Assembly: GCA_963708025.1 (NCBI GenBank)
Contig: CAVPSB010000014.1
Location: 256,001 to 320,000 of the forward strand
DNA from: an uncultured Candidatus Rokubacteria bacterium
Lineage (GTDB): Bacteria > Methylomirabilota > Methylomirabilia > Rokubacteriales > DASRDR01
Reading direction: 5' to 3'
Length of the DNA: 64,000 nucleotides
Below are positions 49,448 through 59,135 of this stretch, in pieces; positions within the stretch are counted from its first letter, which is position 1; each line of letters begins with the position of its first letter. The position numbers were made by a program, and so were the translations under genes. The notes under the pieces are model-generated. The model saw only the letters and a program-made list of their open reading frames with translations, ran no database searches and was not told where the DNA came from.

Positions 49448-49843
49448 TCAGCGTCCGGCGCTGGAGCCGGCACGATAGGCCCGCCAGCCGCCGTGGGCGG
49501 AGATGTCCCGGTGGAGGCCCTCGGCCAGCTCGCGCGGGTAGAGGATGCCCGGGACCTCCCGGCCGTCGGCGAGGCGGATCGGCCCCCGATACAGCCCGGG
49601 CGGCTCGCCGGCCTCGACGCGCCGCCACACCTCGTCGGGCACCCGGTAGAGCTCGCCGGCCACCGACACGCCGCCCGAGGCCACCTCGAACATGCCGGGG
49701 TGGCGGTCGTCGATGGAGTAGAGGCGGTAGACCGGCGCCGTCCACGCCTCGCCCAGGAACTCGGCCCCCTCGAGGTTGGCGTGGAGCGCGAGCCCGCGCA
49801 TGAGGGTGCCGTTGACGAAGAGCTCGGACGCCCCGCCGGTCAG
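49448..49843 (-). CDS. Gamma-glutamylcyclotransferase-like / allophanate hydrolase C-terminal-like domain protein
   Basis: LFVNGTLMRGLALH, TAPVYRLY, GELY, EPPGL, DISAHGGWRAY; start uncertain (CTG overlapping the upstream TGA). Confidence 0.75.
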   Translation of the reverse strand: MTGGASELFVNGTLMRGLALHANLEGAEFLGEAWTAPVYRLYSIDDRHPGMFEVASGGVSVAGELYRVPDEVWRRVEAGEPPGLYRGPIRLADGREVPGILYPRELAEGLHRDISAHGGWRAYRAGSSAGR

Positions 49844-51417
49844 CGGCGGCCCAGCGGCGGCGCGGCCGCCGGAACCGGTTTCCCGGCCGGCTCCAGCCGG
49901 GCGAAGCCCCAGCAGATGGCCGCCAGCAGCAGGTAGCCGAGGGCGACCCCCGCCGACTCTCCGATCCCCAGCTTGGCGCCGTGGATGAAGCCGAAGTAAG
50001 ACAGCACGGCGCCAGCCAGCCCGTAGATGGCGGCGCGATTGAAGTCCCGGTCGATGATGAAGGCGGCCACCGCGCCCAGGATCATGCCGGCCAGGATCGC
50101 CCCGCCGCCGAGGAGCTCCATGCCGTGGTAGACGACCCCGGCTCCGCCGAGGGCGGCCAGGCCCACCTTGGCGGCCGAGGTGCCGGCGGCGTTCAGCGCG
50201 CCGTCCACCTGGGTCTGGGCCCAGGACGCGAGGTTGGGGATCAGGGCCAGGATGACCGCCGGCGCGTGCTCGCGCGGCGTGGCCTGGAAGGCCTGGGCGC
50301 CGATCACCACGCCGATGTAGAGGAGGATGGGCAGGATCGCCACCAGGGGGATCACGGCCAGGAGCAGGGCGACCAGGCCCAGGAAGCACACCAGCCCGAC
50401 GCAGACCCCGGTCGCCAGCGAGTAGCCGATCCGCCCGCCGACCGACTTCCAGCCGGGGTGGCCGATGTAGACGGCGGGCGGGAAGGGGCTGCCGAGGAGG
50501 GAGCCGACCACCGCGCCGATGCCGTCGGCGAGGAGGATCTTCCGCAGGCTGTAGCTGTCCCCGGCCGCCTCCGCGCTCTCGACGTTGTTCATGCCCTCGG
50601 TGAAGTTGTAGATGCCGAGCGGGATCGCGGTGACCAGGAGGGGGCCGATGTCGGCAAGCCCCGCGAAGACGTCGGCGGACGGGTAGGGCAGCCGCAGGCC
50701 GGCCTGGGCGATGGCCTTGCCGACCGCGGTCGCCTGCATGACGCCGCTCCAGCCGAGCAGCGTGGTGATCCAACCGACGGCGGTGCCGATGATGACCGCG
50801 GCGAGGCCGCCGGGCACGTTGCCGGGGAGCCGCACGCCGGCCATCCAGCTCACCATGATGATGGCGAGCGAGATGAAGGCGATCCACGGCACCTCCCAGC
50901 TCTGGAAGGCCGGCCGCATCGAGATGAAGGTGATCGAGATGCCGGCCAGCGTCCCCAGCATGGCCGCCCGCGGGGTGTGCTTGCGGATGGCCGGCCCCAC
51001 GAAGGCGCCGAGGAGGATGATGACGCCGATCACGAAGCACCAGGCGAGCCCGGCCTGCCAGGCGGCCACGGGGTTGCCGGTCCTGATGACGATGGGCAGC
51101 ATGATGAGGAACACCACGATGAACATGTGGGGCACGCTCGGCCCGTACGGCATCGCGGTGACGGTGTCGCGACGCTCGCGCTTGGCGAGCTGCCAGGCCA
51201 GGTACGCGTAGTAGAGGTTGCCGAGCGGCAGCGCGATGCCCAGCGCCGGGATGATGCGGCCGAACACGATGTTGTCGGGCAGCTTGACGACCCCGAGCAC
51301 GAGCCCCGTGAGCACGATGACGTTGAGGACGACGTTGGTGAAGAGCCCGAAGAAGGCGTTCCAGTCGCCGGGCACCCACCACCGGACCGGATACTCCGAG
51401 TCAGTCGCGCGCCCCAT
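49840..51417 (-). CDS. NCS2/AzgA-like nucleobase-type permease
   Basis: GDWNAFFGL, TAMPYG, NNVESAEAAGD, VYIGHPGWK; many TM segments; GGAGGAG SD. Confidence 0.85.
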   Translation of the reverse strand: MGRATDSEYPVRWWVPGDWNAFFGLFTNVVLNVIVLTGLVLGVVKLPDNIVFGRIIPALGIALPLGNLYYAYLAWQLAKRERRDTVTAMPYGPSVPHMFIVVFLIMLPIVIRTGNPVAAWQAGLAWCFVIGVIILLGAFVGPAIRKHTPRAAMLGTLAGISITFISMRPAFQSWEVPWIAFISLAIIMVSWMAGVRLPGNVPGGLAAVIIGTAVGWITTLLGWSGVMQATAVGKAIAQAGLRLPYPSADVFAGLADIGPLLVTAIPLGIYNFTEGMNNVESAEAAGDSYSLRKILLADGIGAVVGSLLGSPFPPAVYIGHPGWKSVGGRIGYSLATGVCVGLVCFLGLVALLLAVIPLVAILPILLYIGVVIGAQAFQATPREHAPAVILALIPNLASWAQTQVDGALNAAGTSAAKVGLAALGGAGVVYHGMELLGGGAILAGMILGAVAAFIIDRDFNRAAIYGLAGAVLSYFGFIHGAKLGIGESAGVALGYLLLAAICWGFARLEPAGKPVPAAAPPLGRR

Positions 51418-51443
51418 GGTCTCCTCCCGTGTTGAGGCTCCGG

Positions 51444-52142
51444 TCACCGCTTGGCTGCCTTCTTCTTCTTCTCTTTCGCTCCGCCCAGCGCCTCGAGGAA
51501 CCGCCGGGAGTCCGAGACCCAGCCGAAGATGCCGCCCTGGGCCTTGATCATCTCGAGGGCGGCCTCCTGGAACTTCGGGAAGTAGGACCCGACGCAGTCC
51601 GAGAGCACCAGACAGTCGTAGCCGCGGTCGTTGGCCTCCCGGACGGTCGTCTGGACGCAGACCTCGGTCGTCACGCCGCACACGACGAGCTGGCGGACGC
51701 CGCGATTCTTCAAGATGGCGTCGAGGTCGGTGGCGTAGAAGGCGCCCTTCCCCGGCTTGTCCACCACGGGCTCCCCGGGGATCGGGGCCAGCTCCTTGAC
51801 GATGTCGTGTCCGTACTCGCCGCGCACCAGGATGCGGCCCATCGGCCCCTTGTCGCCGATGCCGGTTTTGAGTCGGCCGCGCGCCTTCTTGGCCGGCGGG
51901 CAGTCGGCCAGGTCCGGCCGGTGGCCCTCGCGGGTGTGGAGGACGAGGAGCCCGGCCTGCCGCGCCGCCTCGAGCACACGCCGGGCCGGGGGCACCGCCT
52001 TGCGAAGGAGCGACACGTCGTTGCCCAGCGCTTCGCCGAACCCGCCGGGGTCCACGAAGTCGCGCTGGAAGTCGATCATGACCAGCGCGGCCGTCTTCGG
52101 CGTGAACTCGAACTCGTAGGGCTCCGCCTCGACCGTTGCCAT
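51444..52142 (-). CDS. trtA: Isochorismatase-family hydrolase, triuret hydrolase (TrtA)-type
   Basis: [21 protein letters not shown] and [26 protein letters not shown] and QGGIFG match TrtA-type rather than BiuH-type residues as recalled. Confidence 0.75.
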   Translation of the reverse strand: MATVEAEPYEFEFTPKTAALVMIDFQRDFVDPGGFGEALGNDVSLLRKAVPPARRVLEAARQAGLLVLHTREGHRPDLADCPPAKKARGRLKTGIGDKGPMGRILVRGEYGHDIVKELAPIPGEPVVDKPGKGAFYATDLDAILKNRGVRQLVVCGVTTEVCVQTTVREANDRGYDCLVLSDCVGSYFPKFQEAALEMIKAQGGIFGWVSDSRRFLEALGGAKEKKKKAAKR

Positions 52143-52154
52143 GCGACCCTCCCG

Positions 52155-53090
52155 TCAGGGCACGACGTGCGTGCCGGTCTTGCCCGCCACGGCGGCTTCC
52201 AGGTGCTCGGGCGAGCTGATGACGACTTCGCGGCCGCCGCGCTCGAGGAAGTCGATCGCGGCCTGCATCTTGGGACCCATGCTCCCCGGCGGGAACTCGC
52301 CCGCCTCCAGGTAGCGCCGCGCCTCGGCGGCGGTCAGCCGGTCGAGGAAGGTCTGGCCTGGCTGGCGGAAGCGGATCGCGACCTTCTCGACCCCGGTCGC
52401 CAGGACCAGCACCGGCACGCCGAGCTGGGCGGCCAGGAGCGCGGAGGCGTGGTCCTTGTCCACCACGGCCTCGACCCCCCGGTAGACGCCCGGCTCGTCC
52501 TCGACCACCGGGATGCCGCCGCCCCCGCACGCGATCACGACGAAGCCGGCGTCCAGGAGCGTCCGGATGGCGTCGGCCTCGACGATGCGGAGGGGCCGCG
52601 GGGACGGAACGACGCGGCGGTAGCCCCGGCCGGCGTCCTCGACCATGACCCAGCCGTCGCGCGCCTGGTGGCTCCGCGCCTCCTCCCCGGTGAAGAACGG
52701 GCCGATCGGCTTCCGCGGGCTCGCGAACGCGGGATCGTCCCGGTCGACGACGGTCTGGGTCAGGAGGCAGCTCACGCGGTTGGCGTGGCCCCGACGTCCG
52801 AGCTCGGCGAGGAGGGAGTTCCCGATGATGTAGCCGAGCCCGCCCTGGGAGTCGGCCACGCACATGTCGAGGGACAGCCGCGGCGCGTGCCGGTCGTCCG
52901 AGGCCAGCTCGGAGCGGAGGAGGATGAAGCCGACCTGGGGGCCGTTCCCGTGGGTGACGACGACCCGCCAGCCGGCCTCGACCAGCCCGCCGATCCGCCG
53001 GGCGGTCCCCCGCGCGTTCTCGAACTGCTCGGCGATCGTCCCCCGCTGGCCGTCCTGGATCAGGGCGTTGCCGCCGATCGCGATCATCAC
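52155..53090 (-). CDS. arcC: Carbamate kinase
   Basis: AIGGNAL, THGNGPQVG, KPIGPF, GYRRVVPSP, GGGGIP, VDKD, GSMGPK. Confidence 0.93.
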   Translation of the reverse strand: MMIAIGGNALIQDGQRGTIAEQFENARGTARRIGGLVEAGWRVVVTHGNGPQVGFILLRSELASDDRHAPRLSLDMCVADSQGGLGYIIGNSLLAELGRRGHANRVSCLLTQTVVDRDDPAFASPRKPIGPFFTGEEARSHQARDGWVMVEDAGRGYRRVVPSPRPLRIVEADAIRTLLDAGFVVIACGGGGIPVVEDEPGVYRGVEAVVDKDHASALLAAQLGVPVLVLATGVEKVAIRFRQPGQTFLDRLTAAEARRYLEAGEFPPGSMGPKMQAAIDFLERGGREVVISSPEHLEAAVAGKTGTHVVP

Positions 53091-54540
53091 CGCGCGGGAT
53101 CATCGGCCGTGGATCGCCACCCGACGCCGAGCCGCCGCCCGAGGTCGCGGAGCGCCGCCGTCGAAACAGGGGAGGGGCGCCCGCGCGATGCCGGCGCCGA
53201 CCTGGCCGATGCCGGGCTCGCGGTGGGCGATGCCCGTGTTGATCACCGGGGCCACCCCGCTCTCGACGACCCGGCGGACGTCGATGCCGGTCGGCGACCC
53301 GGCGAAGCCGAGGGTCGGGATCCCGTACTCCGCGTTCCGCCCGAGCGTGATCCCGTACATCGCCCGGGTATAGGCGAGGGCGTCGGCCGGCGTGCCGCCG
53401 ACGAAGTGGACGATCGCCGGCGCTCCCGCCATCGCGAAGCCGCCGATCCCCGCCGTCTCGGTGATGGCGCTGTCGCCGAGGTCGGGGTTGGCGTCGGCCG
53501 GACCGTAGCCCGGGAAGTAGAGGCCATCGATGACCGGCGCCGGCGCGGTGAACCAGGCGTCCCCGGCGCCGGACACGCGGATCCCGAAGTCGACGCCGTT
53601 CCGGGCCATCGCGGTCACCAGCGGTCGAGCCCGCGACCCCGTGGGCGGCGTCGAGCGACGCCTTGCAGGCGGCCATCGAGAGGTTGAGGAAGAAGTGGTT
53701 GTTGCCGAGGATGAAGTCGAAGACCGCGGCCGCCGTGGGGCCGTCCACCGCGCGGGCGAGCGCCGGCGCGAGGGTCCGGGCGAAGAGGGAGGTGGCCGCG
53801 ACGTTCCGGTTGTGGCACTCGTCGCCCATCTGCAGGGCCTGGGCCACGTGGAGCTTCAGGTCGATCGGCCCCGTGCGGAGGGCGTCCCGGAGCGCGGGGC
53901 CGAGAGTGCCGGCGATCCACCGCAGGCGCTCGAGCACCTCGGCGTCGTAGGCGCCGAAGCGGAGGGCGCGGCCGAGCCCCTCGTTCAGGGTCGCGAAGGC
54001 GCGGTTCCCGTGGCTCGCGTTCTCGACGACGACGACGGGCATCGACGGCGACAGGATGCCGGCCATCGGGCCCACCGCGCCGTGGTGGTGGCAGGGCGCG
54101 AAGCGGATCCGGCCGGAGGCCACCAGCGCGGTGGCGGCCTCGGGGTCGGGAGCCCAGCCCTCGTAGAGGATCGCGCCGATGATGGCGCCGCGCACGGGGC
54201 CGCACATGCGGGCCCACTCGATGGGCGGGCCGGCGTGGAGGATCATGCGGTCCTCGAGGCCGGGGACGACCTCGGCGGCGGGGCGGACGTCGAGCAGTAT
54301 CGGGCGGGCCCCGAGGAGCCGGGCCATCGCGGTCCGGTTGGCCTCGGCCACCCGGGCGCCCACGGAATCGTCGGGATCGTCCTCGAGGCGCGCCAGGAGC
54401 AGCCCGAGGTCCCGGTCGCCACCGGCAGGCGGCCGCCAGTCGAGCTGGACGACGGTGGCGCCGTGGGCGCGGGGCGGCTCGGCGAACTGGGCGAGCCCGA
54501 CGTTCAGCGCGTGGACGCCGTCGGGGAAGACGTCAGCCAC
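53087..54540 (-). CDS. DUF1116 protein (YlbE/AllG-like), frameshifts near 53620 and 53155
   Basis: LHAGPP, PCHHHGAVGPMAG, MGDECHNRN, FFLNL, MARNG, DLGDSAITET, INTGIAH. Confidence 0.88.
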
Positions 54541-56041
54541 GGCGGGCGCCGGCCTCGCGGGCGACGAGCGCGGCCAGGCGCGCGGCCTCGGCGTTCGACG
54601 GCAGGAGGACGACGCCGGCGGCGGCGAGCCTCGTCTCCTGACGCGCCAGGCCCTGGGGATCGCCCGCCGCCCCGCAGACGGAGCCGATCAGCACGGCGCG
54701 CCCCTCCACCCGCTCGAGGGCCGGGGCGAGGGCGCCGGCCGGGTCCGGGTGGCTGCCGTAGCCGAGGACGACGTCGAGCAGGATGACCGCGGTGGCGGGA
54801 TCCTCGGCGGCGGCCGCGATGTGCTCGTTGCGGAGTCGGAAGTCGATCATCGGGTGCGGCCGGCCGACGGTGAACTCGTCGTCCCCCAGGTCGAGGAGCG
54901 TGTGGCCGGCGCCGTGACCGGGGAGCAGGTCGCCGACGATCAGCGCGGCCTCCTTGGCGAGCGTGCCGCCGCTGTAGAGTCCGCGGATCGCCCAGCGGCC
55001 GGGAGCGAGCCGGCTCACCAGGTCGCGCGCCCGGGCGGCGAGCGCGGCCGCGTCGTCGCTCCCGGCGGCGCCGGCCGGCCGGCCGCCGGCCAGGCCGACG
55101 GCGAAGTCGGCGGCCTCAGCGAGCGTCGCCGCCGGAGTGGCGCCGCGCCGCCGGATCGCCGCCGGGTCACCGCCGAGGAAGCAGACAACCGTCGGCTTGC
55201 CCCCCGCCACCGCGCGGTCGAGGACCTCCGCCGCCACGTCGGGAGCCGGCGGCTTGGAGACGAGCGCCAGGACGAGCGTGTCCGGGTCCGCGATCAGCCA
55301 CTCGATGCCGGCCAGCATCATGAGACCGCCGACCCGCTCGTCCAGGTCGCGGCCGCCGACGCCGATCACCTGGGAGACGCCCTCGCCCCAGCGGTCGATC
55401 AGACAGCTGACCTGCTGGAGGCCGGTGCCCGAGGCGCCGACGAGGCCGATGCGTCCCCGCCGCACGGCGTTCGCGAAGCCGAGCGGCACGCCGTCCAGGA
55501 TCGCGGTGCCGCAGTCGGGGCCCATCACGAGCCGGCGCTTCCGCACCGCCAGCCGCTTCAGCTCGATCTCGTCCTCGACGGGGACGTTGTCGCTGAAGAG
55601 GAAGACGTGGAGGCCGCGCTTGAGGGCCTTGAGCGCCTCGGCGGTGGCGTAGGCTCCCGGGGTGGAGACGATCGCCAGGTTGGCGCCGGGCGCCTCGGCC
55701 AGCGCCGCGGCGATCGTGGCGGGCGGCGTCCGCTCGGCGGCGACGCCCGCGCTCGGGGCGGCCGCGGTCAGCCGAGCGGCGGCGTCGGCCAGGGCCGCCT
55801 CCGCCGCCTCGGCGCTCGCGGCGGCGACCGCGATGACGAGGTCGGCCGGGCCCGCCGCGGCCGCCTCGTCGGCGAGGAGCCCGGCCTTGGCCAGGAGGTC
55901 GCGGTTGGCCGGGGTCGCCATGAGCAGCGCTGCCCGCCGCACGTCCGGGCGCTGCTCCACCTCGGCCGCGACGCGCATGAGGTCGACCGAGTCGCGGTAG
56001 GTGTCCCGGAGCACGTGGGCGCGCAGGACCTCGTCCGCCAT
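54533..56041 (-). CDS. fdrA: FdrA (acyl-CoA synthetase-like; AllF-like)
   Basis: YRDSVDLM, MATPAN, FSDNV, MGPDCGT, GASGTG, GLYSGGTL, DLGDDEFTVGRPHPMID, DVVLGYG. Confidence 0.9.
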   Translation of the reverse strand: MADEVLRAHVLRDTYRDSVDLMRVAAEVEQRPDVRRAALLMATPANRDLLAKAGLLADEAAAAGPADLVIAVAAASAEAAEAALADAAARLTAAAPSAGVAAERTPPATIAAALAEAPGANLAIVSTPGAYATAEALKALKRGLHVFLFSDNVPVEDEIELKRLAVRKRRLVMGPDCGTAILDGVPLGFANAVRRGRIGLVGASGTGLQQVSCLIDRWGEGVSQVIGVGGRDLDERVGGLMMLAGIEWLIADPDTLVLALVSKPPAPDVAAEVLDRAVAGGKPTVVCFLGGDPAAIRRRGATPAATLAEAADFAVGLAGGRPAGAAGSDDAAALAARARDLVSRLAPGRWAIRGLYSGGTLAKEAALIVGDLLPGHGAGHTLLDLGDDEFTVGRPHPMIDFRLRNEHIAAAAEDPATAVILLDVVLGYGSHPDPAGALAPALERVEGRAVLIGSVCGAAGDPQGLARQETRLAAAGVVLLPSNAEAARLAALVAREAGARRG

Positions 56042-56106
56042 CGCACCTCCCCGGGAGAGACGACCCGACCACCGGCGGGCATGGCCACAGCCGTCGAACC
56101 GGCCCG

Positions 56107-56191
56107 ACTCTACGCCCGCCCATCCGGGACCGTCAAGCCACTCCTCGGACAGCTGGCATTCCTTGACCGGGCTGGCTTCGCGCGATAGCCT
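56107..56191. promoter_or_regulatory. Divergent sigma70-type promoters
   Basis: Minus strand TTGACG-N18-TAGAGT (56136-56107); plus strand TTGACC-N17-TAGCCT (56163-56191). Confidence 0.5.
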
Positions 56192-56199
56192 CGGCCGGG

Positions 56200-57150
56200 A
56201 TGGCACGCCTGGCGCTGCCCGAGGTGGACCGGGTCGAGATCCTCACCCTGCTCGACCTCTCGCTGGATCTTCTCATGGCCGGGAGCGAGACGGTGCGGCG
56301 GGTGGTGGTGGAGGGGACGCTGGGGGAGGGCCGCTCGGTGCTCCGCGCGGAGCACGGCTTCTCGAGCCTGGTGACCGTGGTGGCCGGAGAGCGGAAGGCG
56401 TCCTTCCTCTTCGACGCGGGCCTGACACGGGACAGCCTGCTGCACAACATGGACGTCCTGGAGGTGCGGCCGAACGAGCTCCAGGCGATCGTGCTGAGCC
56501 ACGGGCACGCCGACCACGTGGCCGGGCTCATGGGGCTGCTCTCCCGGACCGGACGCCGCCGGCTCCCGCTGGTGCTGCATCCCGACGCGTTCCTCCGCCG
56601 GAAGATCGCGCTGCCCGACGGCCGCGAGGTCCTCCTGCCGCCGCCGGATCGCCGCGGCATCGAGCAGGAAGGCGTCGAGATCCTAGAGGAGCGGGCCGCC
56701 TCGCTCCTGCTCGGCGGCCTCGCGCTGGTCACGGGCGAGGTCGCCCGGACGACCGCGTTCGAGACCGGCTTCCCGGCGCACTACGCGGAGGTGGAGGGCG
56801 CCTGGCGGCCCGACCCGCTGATCCACGACGATCAGGCCGTGGTGCTGAACGTCCGCGGCAAGGGCCTGGTGGTGCTCTCCGGCTGCGGTCATGCCGGGAT
56901 CGTCAACGTCGTCCACCACGCGATGGCCGTGACGGGGGTCGAGCGGGTCCACGGGGTCCTGGGCGGCTTCCACCTGACCGGCCGGCTCTTCGAGCCGCGG
57001 ATCGCGGCGACGGTCGAGGCGTTGCAGGCGCTCGCGCCGAAGCTGATCGTCCCGTCGCACTGCACGGGCTGGAAGGCCACCCACGAGATCGCCCGCGCCC
57101 TCCCCGACGCCTTCGTCCCCAACAGCGTCGGCACCACCTTCCTGATCTGA
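56200..57150 (+). CDS. MBL-fold metallo-hydrolase
   Basis: AEHGFS, LFDAG, LSHGHADH, SGCGHAG, GGFHL, PSHCTG. Confidence 0.88.
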   Translation: MARLALPEVDRVEILTLLDLSLDLLMAGSETVRRVVVEGTLGEGRSVLRAEHGFSSLVTVVAGERKASFLFDAGLTRDSLLHNMDVLEVRPNELQAIVLSHGHADHVAGLMGLLSRTGRRRLPLVLHPDAFLRRKIALPDGREVLLPPPDRRGIEQEGVEILEERAASLLLGGLALVTGEVARTTAFETGFPAHYAEVEGAWRPDPLIHDDQAVVLNVRGKGLVVLSGCGHAGIVNVVHHAMAVTGVERVHGVLGGFHLTGRLFEPRIAATVEALQALAPKLIVPSHCTGWKATHEIARALPDAFVPNSVGTTFLI

Positions 57151-57161
57151 TCCCACACTCC

Positions 57162-57199
57162 GCTCCCTCTCCCTTCCAGGGAGAGGGTCGGGGTGAGGG
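57162..57199. repeat. BoxC-like element between convergent genes
   Basis: gctccctctcccttccagggagagggtcggggtgaggg. Confidence 0.7.
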
Positions 57200-57202
57200 C
57201 CC

Positions 57203-59036
57203 CTATCGCCGCTTCGCCAGGATCTGGATCTCCAGCGGCGCCAGCGAGACCCGCACCGAGCGCGGGTCGCCGCGCGACGACGCGGTGCCGGGCGCGGTCG
57301 GCCCCGGCCGGTTGGCGTACAGCACCTCGAAGGCGGCGCCAGCGGGGGTGAGATCGCGATCGACGACGACGTGGAGCGCCCGCTCCTCCGTGGTGTGCGT
57401 GTTGGCCGCGACGAGCAGCTCGCGGTCGTGGAGGATCCGCGAGAAGGCGAGGACCCCGCCGGGCGTCGCCGAGATGCCGAAGTCGGCGCCGTTCCCGGAG
57501 ACGGGGCGGAAGTACTGCCGCCCGTAGCGCAGGGCGGGCTCGGCCTGCCGGAGCCGTACGAGCGTCTGGACCGCCTGGTAGAAGGGGTGCGCCGGGTCGA
57601 AGGCCCCCGGCTTGCCCCACAGCGCCTCCCGCGCCGCCTCGCGACGGTTCCCCGCACCGTGGAGACCCTGCTCGGTGCCGTAGTAGAGGCAGGGGATTCC
57701 CTGCAGCGCGAAGAGGCAGCCCGAGCGCCAGCGTGAGCTGGTCGTCCCAGCGGTGCGGGTCGCCGGGCGGGCTCCAGTAGAAGCGGTTGTCGAGGTCGTG
57801 GTTGTCGAGGAAGGTGACGAAGTACCGGCCGGCCTCGCCGTGGGAGGCGAGCAGGTGCCGCGCTGCGCCGCCCGGCGGGCGGCGAACATCGCGTCGAGGG
57901 CGGCTGGGCGCGCCGCTCCCCTTGATCACCTCGGTGAGGCGGGTGAACAGCGGAAAGTCCAGCGCGGCGTCGATCCCGATCAGGCTCGCTCGTCCTTCTC
58001 GGTGTTGCGGCCGATGAACCGCGCGATCTTCGCCTCGTCGTCGACTCCAGACCTCGCCGAAGGTGAAGAAGTTGGTCTTGCCGAGGCTCAGGGCGAACTC
58101 CCGGATGGCGTCGCCGAACGTGCGGGCGAAGTCCTGCTCCACGTACTTCAGCGTATCGATGCGGAAGCCGTCCACGTCGAACTTCGCGATCAGGTACTGG
58201 TGGGCGCGGATCAAGAGCTCGCGCACCGGGAACCGGCCGTCCGCCCGGTACTCGGTGACGATCTCCTTGAGCGACCCGAAGTCGCCGCACGGTCTCCGGC
58301 GCGCCCTTCCCCTCGCGCCCGCGCCGGCGCCAGTAGTCGTTGCGCTGGAGCTCCTCCGGCCACACGACGCCTTCGGGTGGACGGGGCGCCGGGATCGTCG
58401 CGGCCTCCGGCCACGCCGGCACGCCTCTGGCCGGTCGCGTCCCGCCAGCGCACGTCATACTCCCGGCCGCCGCCCTTCCAGGGGGCCTCGGCCCCGTGGC
58501 TCACGTAGTCGAAGACGTCACCGGCGTGGTTGATCACGACGTCGAGGATCACGTGGAGGCCGTGGGCGTGGGCGGCGTCCACCAGCCGGCGCAGCTCGTC
58601 GTCGCCGATCCGCGGGTCGATCCGGGCGGCAGCCGGGTCGGAGGTGAAGCGGGGCTCGACCCGGAGGAAGTCCTGGATCCCGTAGCCGTGATAGCTGTCG
58701 GCCTTCCACTGGCAGTTCTTCAGGACCGGCGACAGCCAGAGCGCGCCGACGCCGAGGTCCGCCAGGTACGGCAGGCGCCGGCGCACGCCGTTCGAGTGTG
58801 CCGCCCTGGAAGACCCGTGATCGCCCGTCCCACGGCGCGAAGCGGGGCGCCGCCGCCGGGTTGTCGAAGCGGTCCACCAGCACGAAGTAGATCCAGCGGT
58901 CGCGCCAGTCGCCGGGCGAGGGGAACGGGGTGGCGATGCGCACGCCCGTCCCGCCGATGGGCACCAGACGCTCGCGGGGGATGGCGGCCTCGCGCAGGAC
59001 CGCGTTGACATCCGGGCCAAAGACGGCGTTCGGCAT
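57203..59036 (-). CDS. Alpha-amylase family (GH13) glycosidase, several frameshifts
   Basis: IYFVLVDRF, SYHGY, LDVVINH, DGFRIDT, GEVW, FLDNHD and GIPCLYYGTEQ spread over shifting frames. Confidence 0.85.
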
Positions 59037-59135
59037 GGCCTGTTCTCCTTCGCGCTGGGCCGGCCAGCCCGAGTCTACACCACCCGGGGACGCCTCGGCG
59101 GCGATGCGGTAAGATCGCCGGGCGGAGGAGGGAGC

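Noticed and set aside
49840-54540. 1566-aa ORF suggesting a DUF1116-permease fusion
   Set aside because: A frameshift near 53620 runs out of frame through the carbamate kinase and hydrolase genes into the permease; the hydrolase and permease have their own SD and start.
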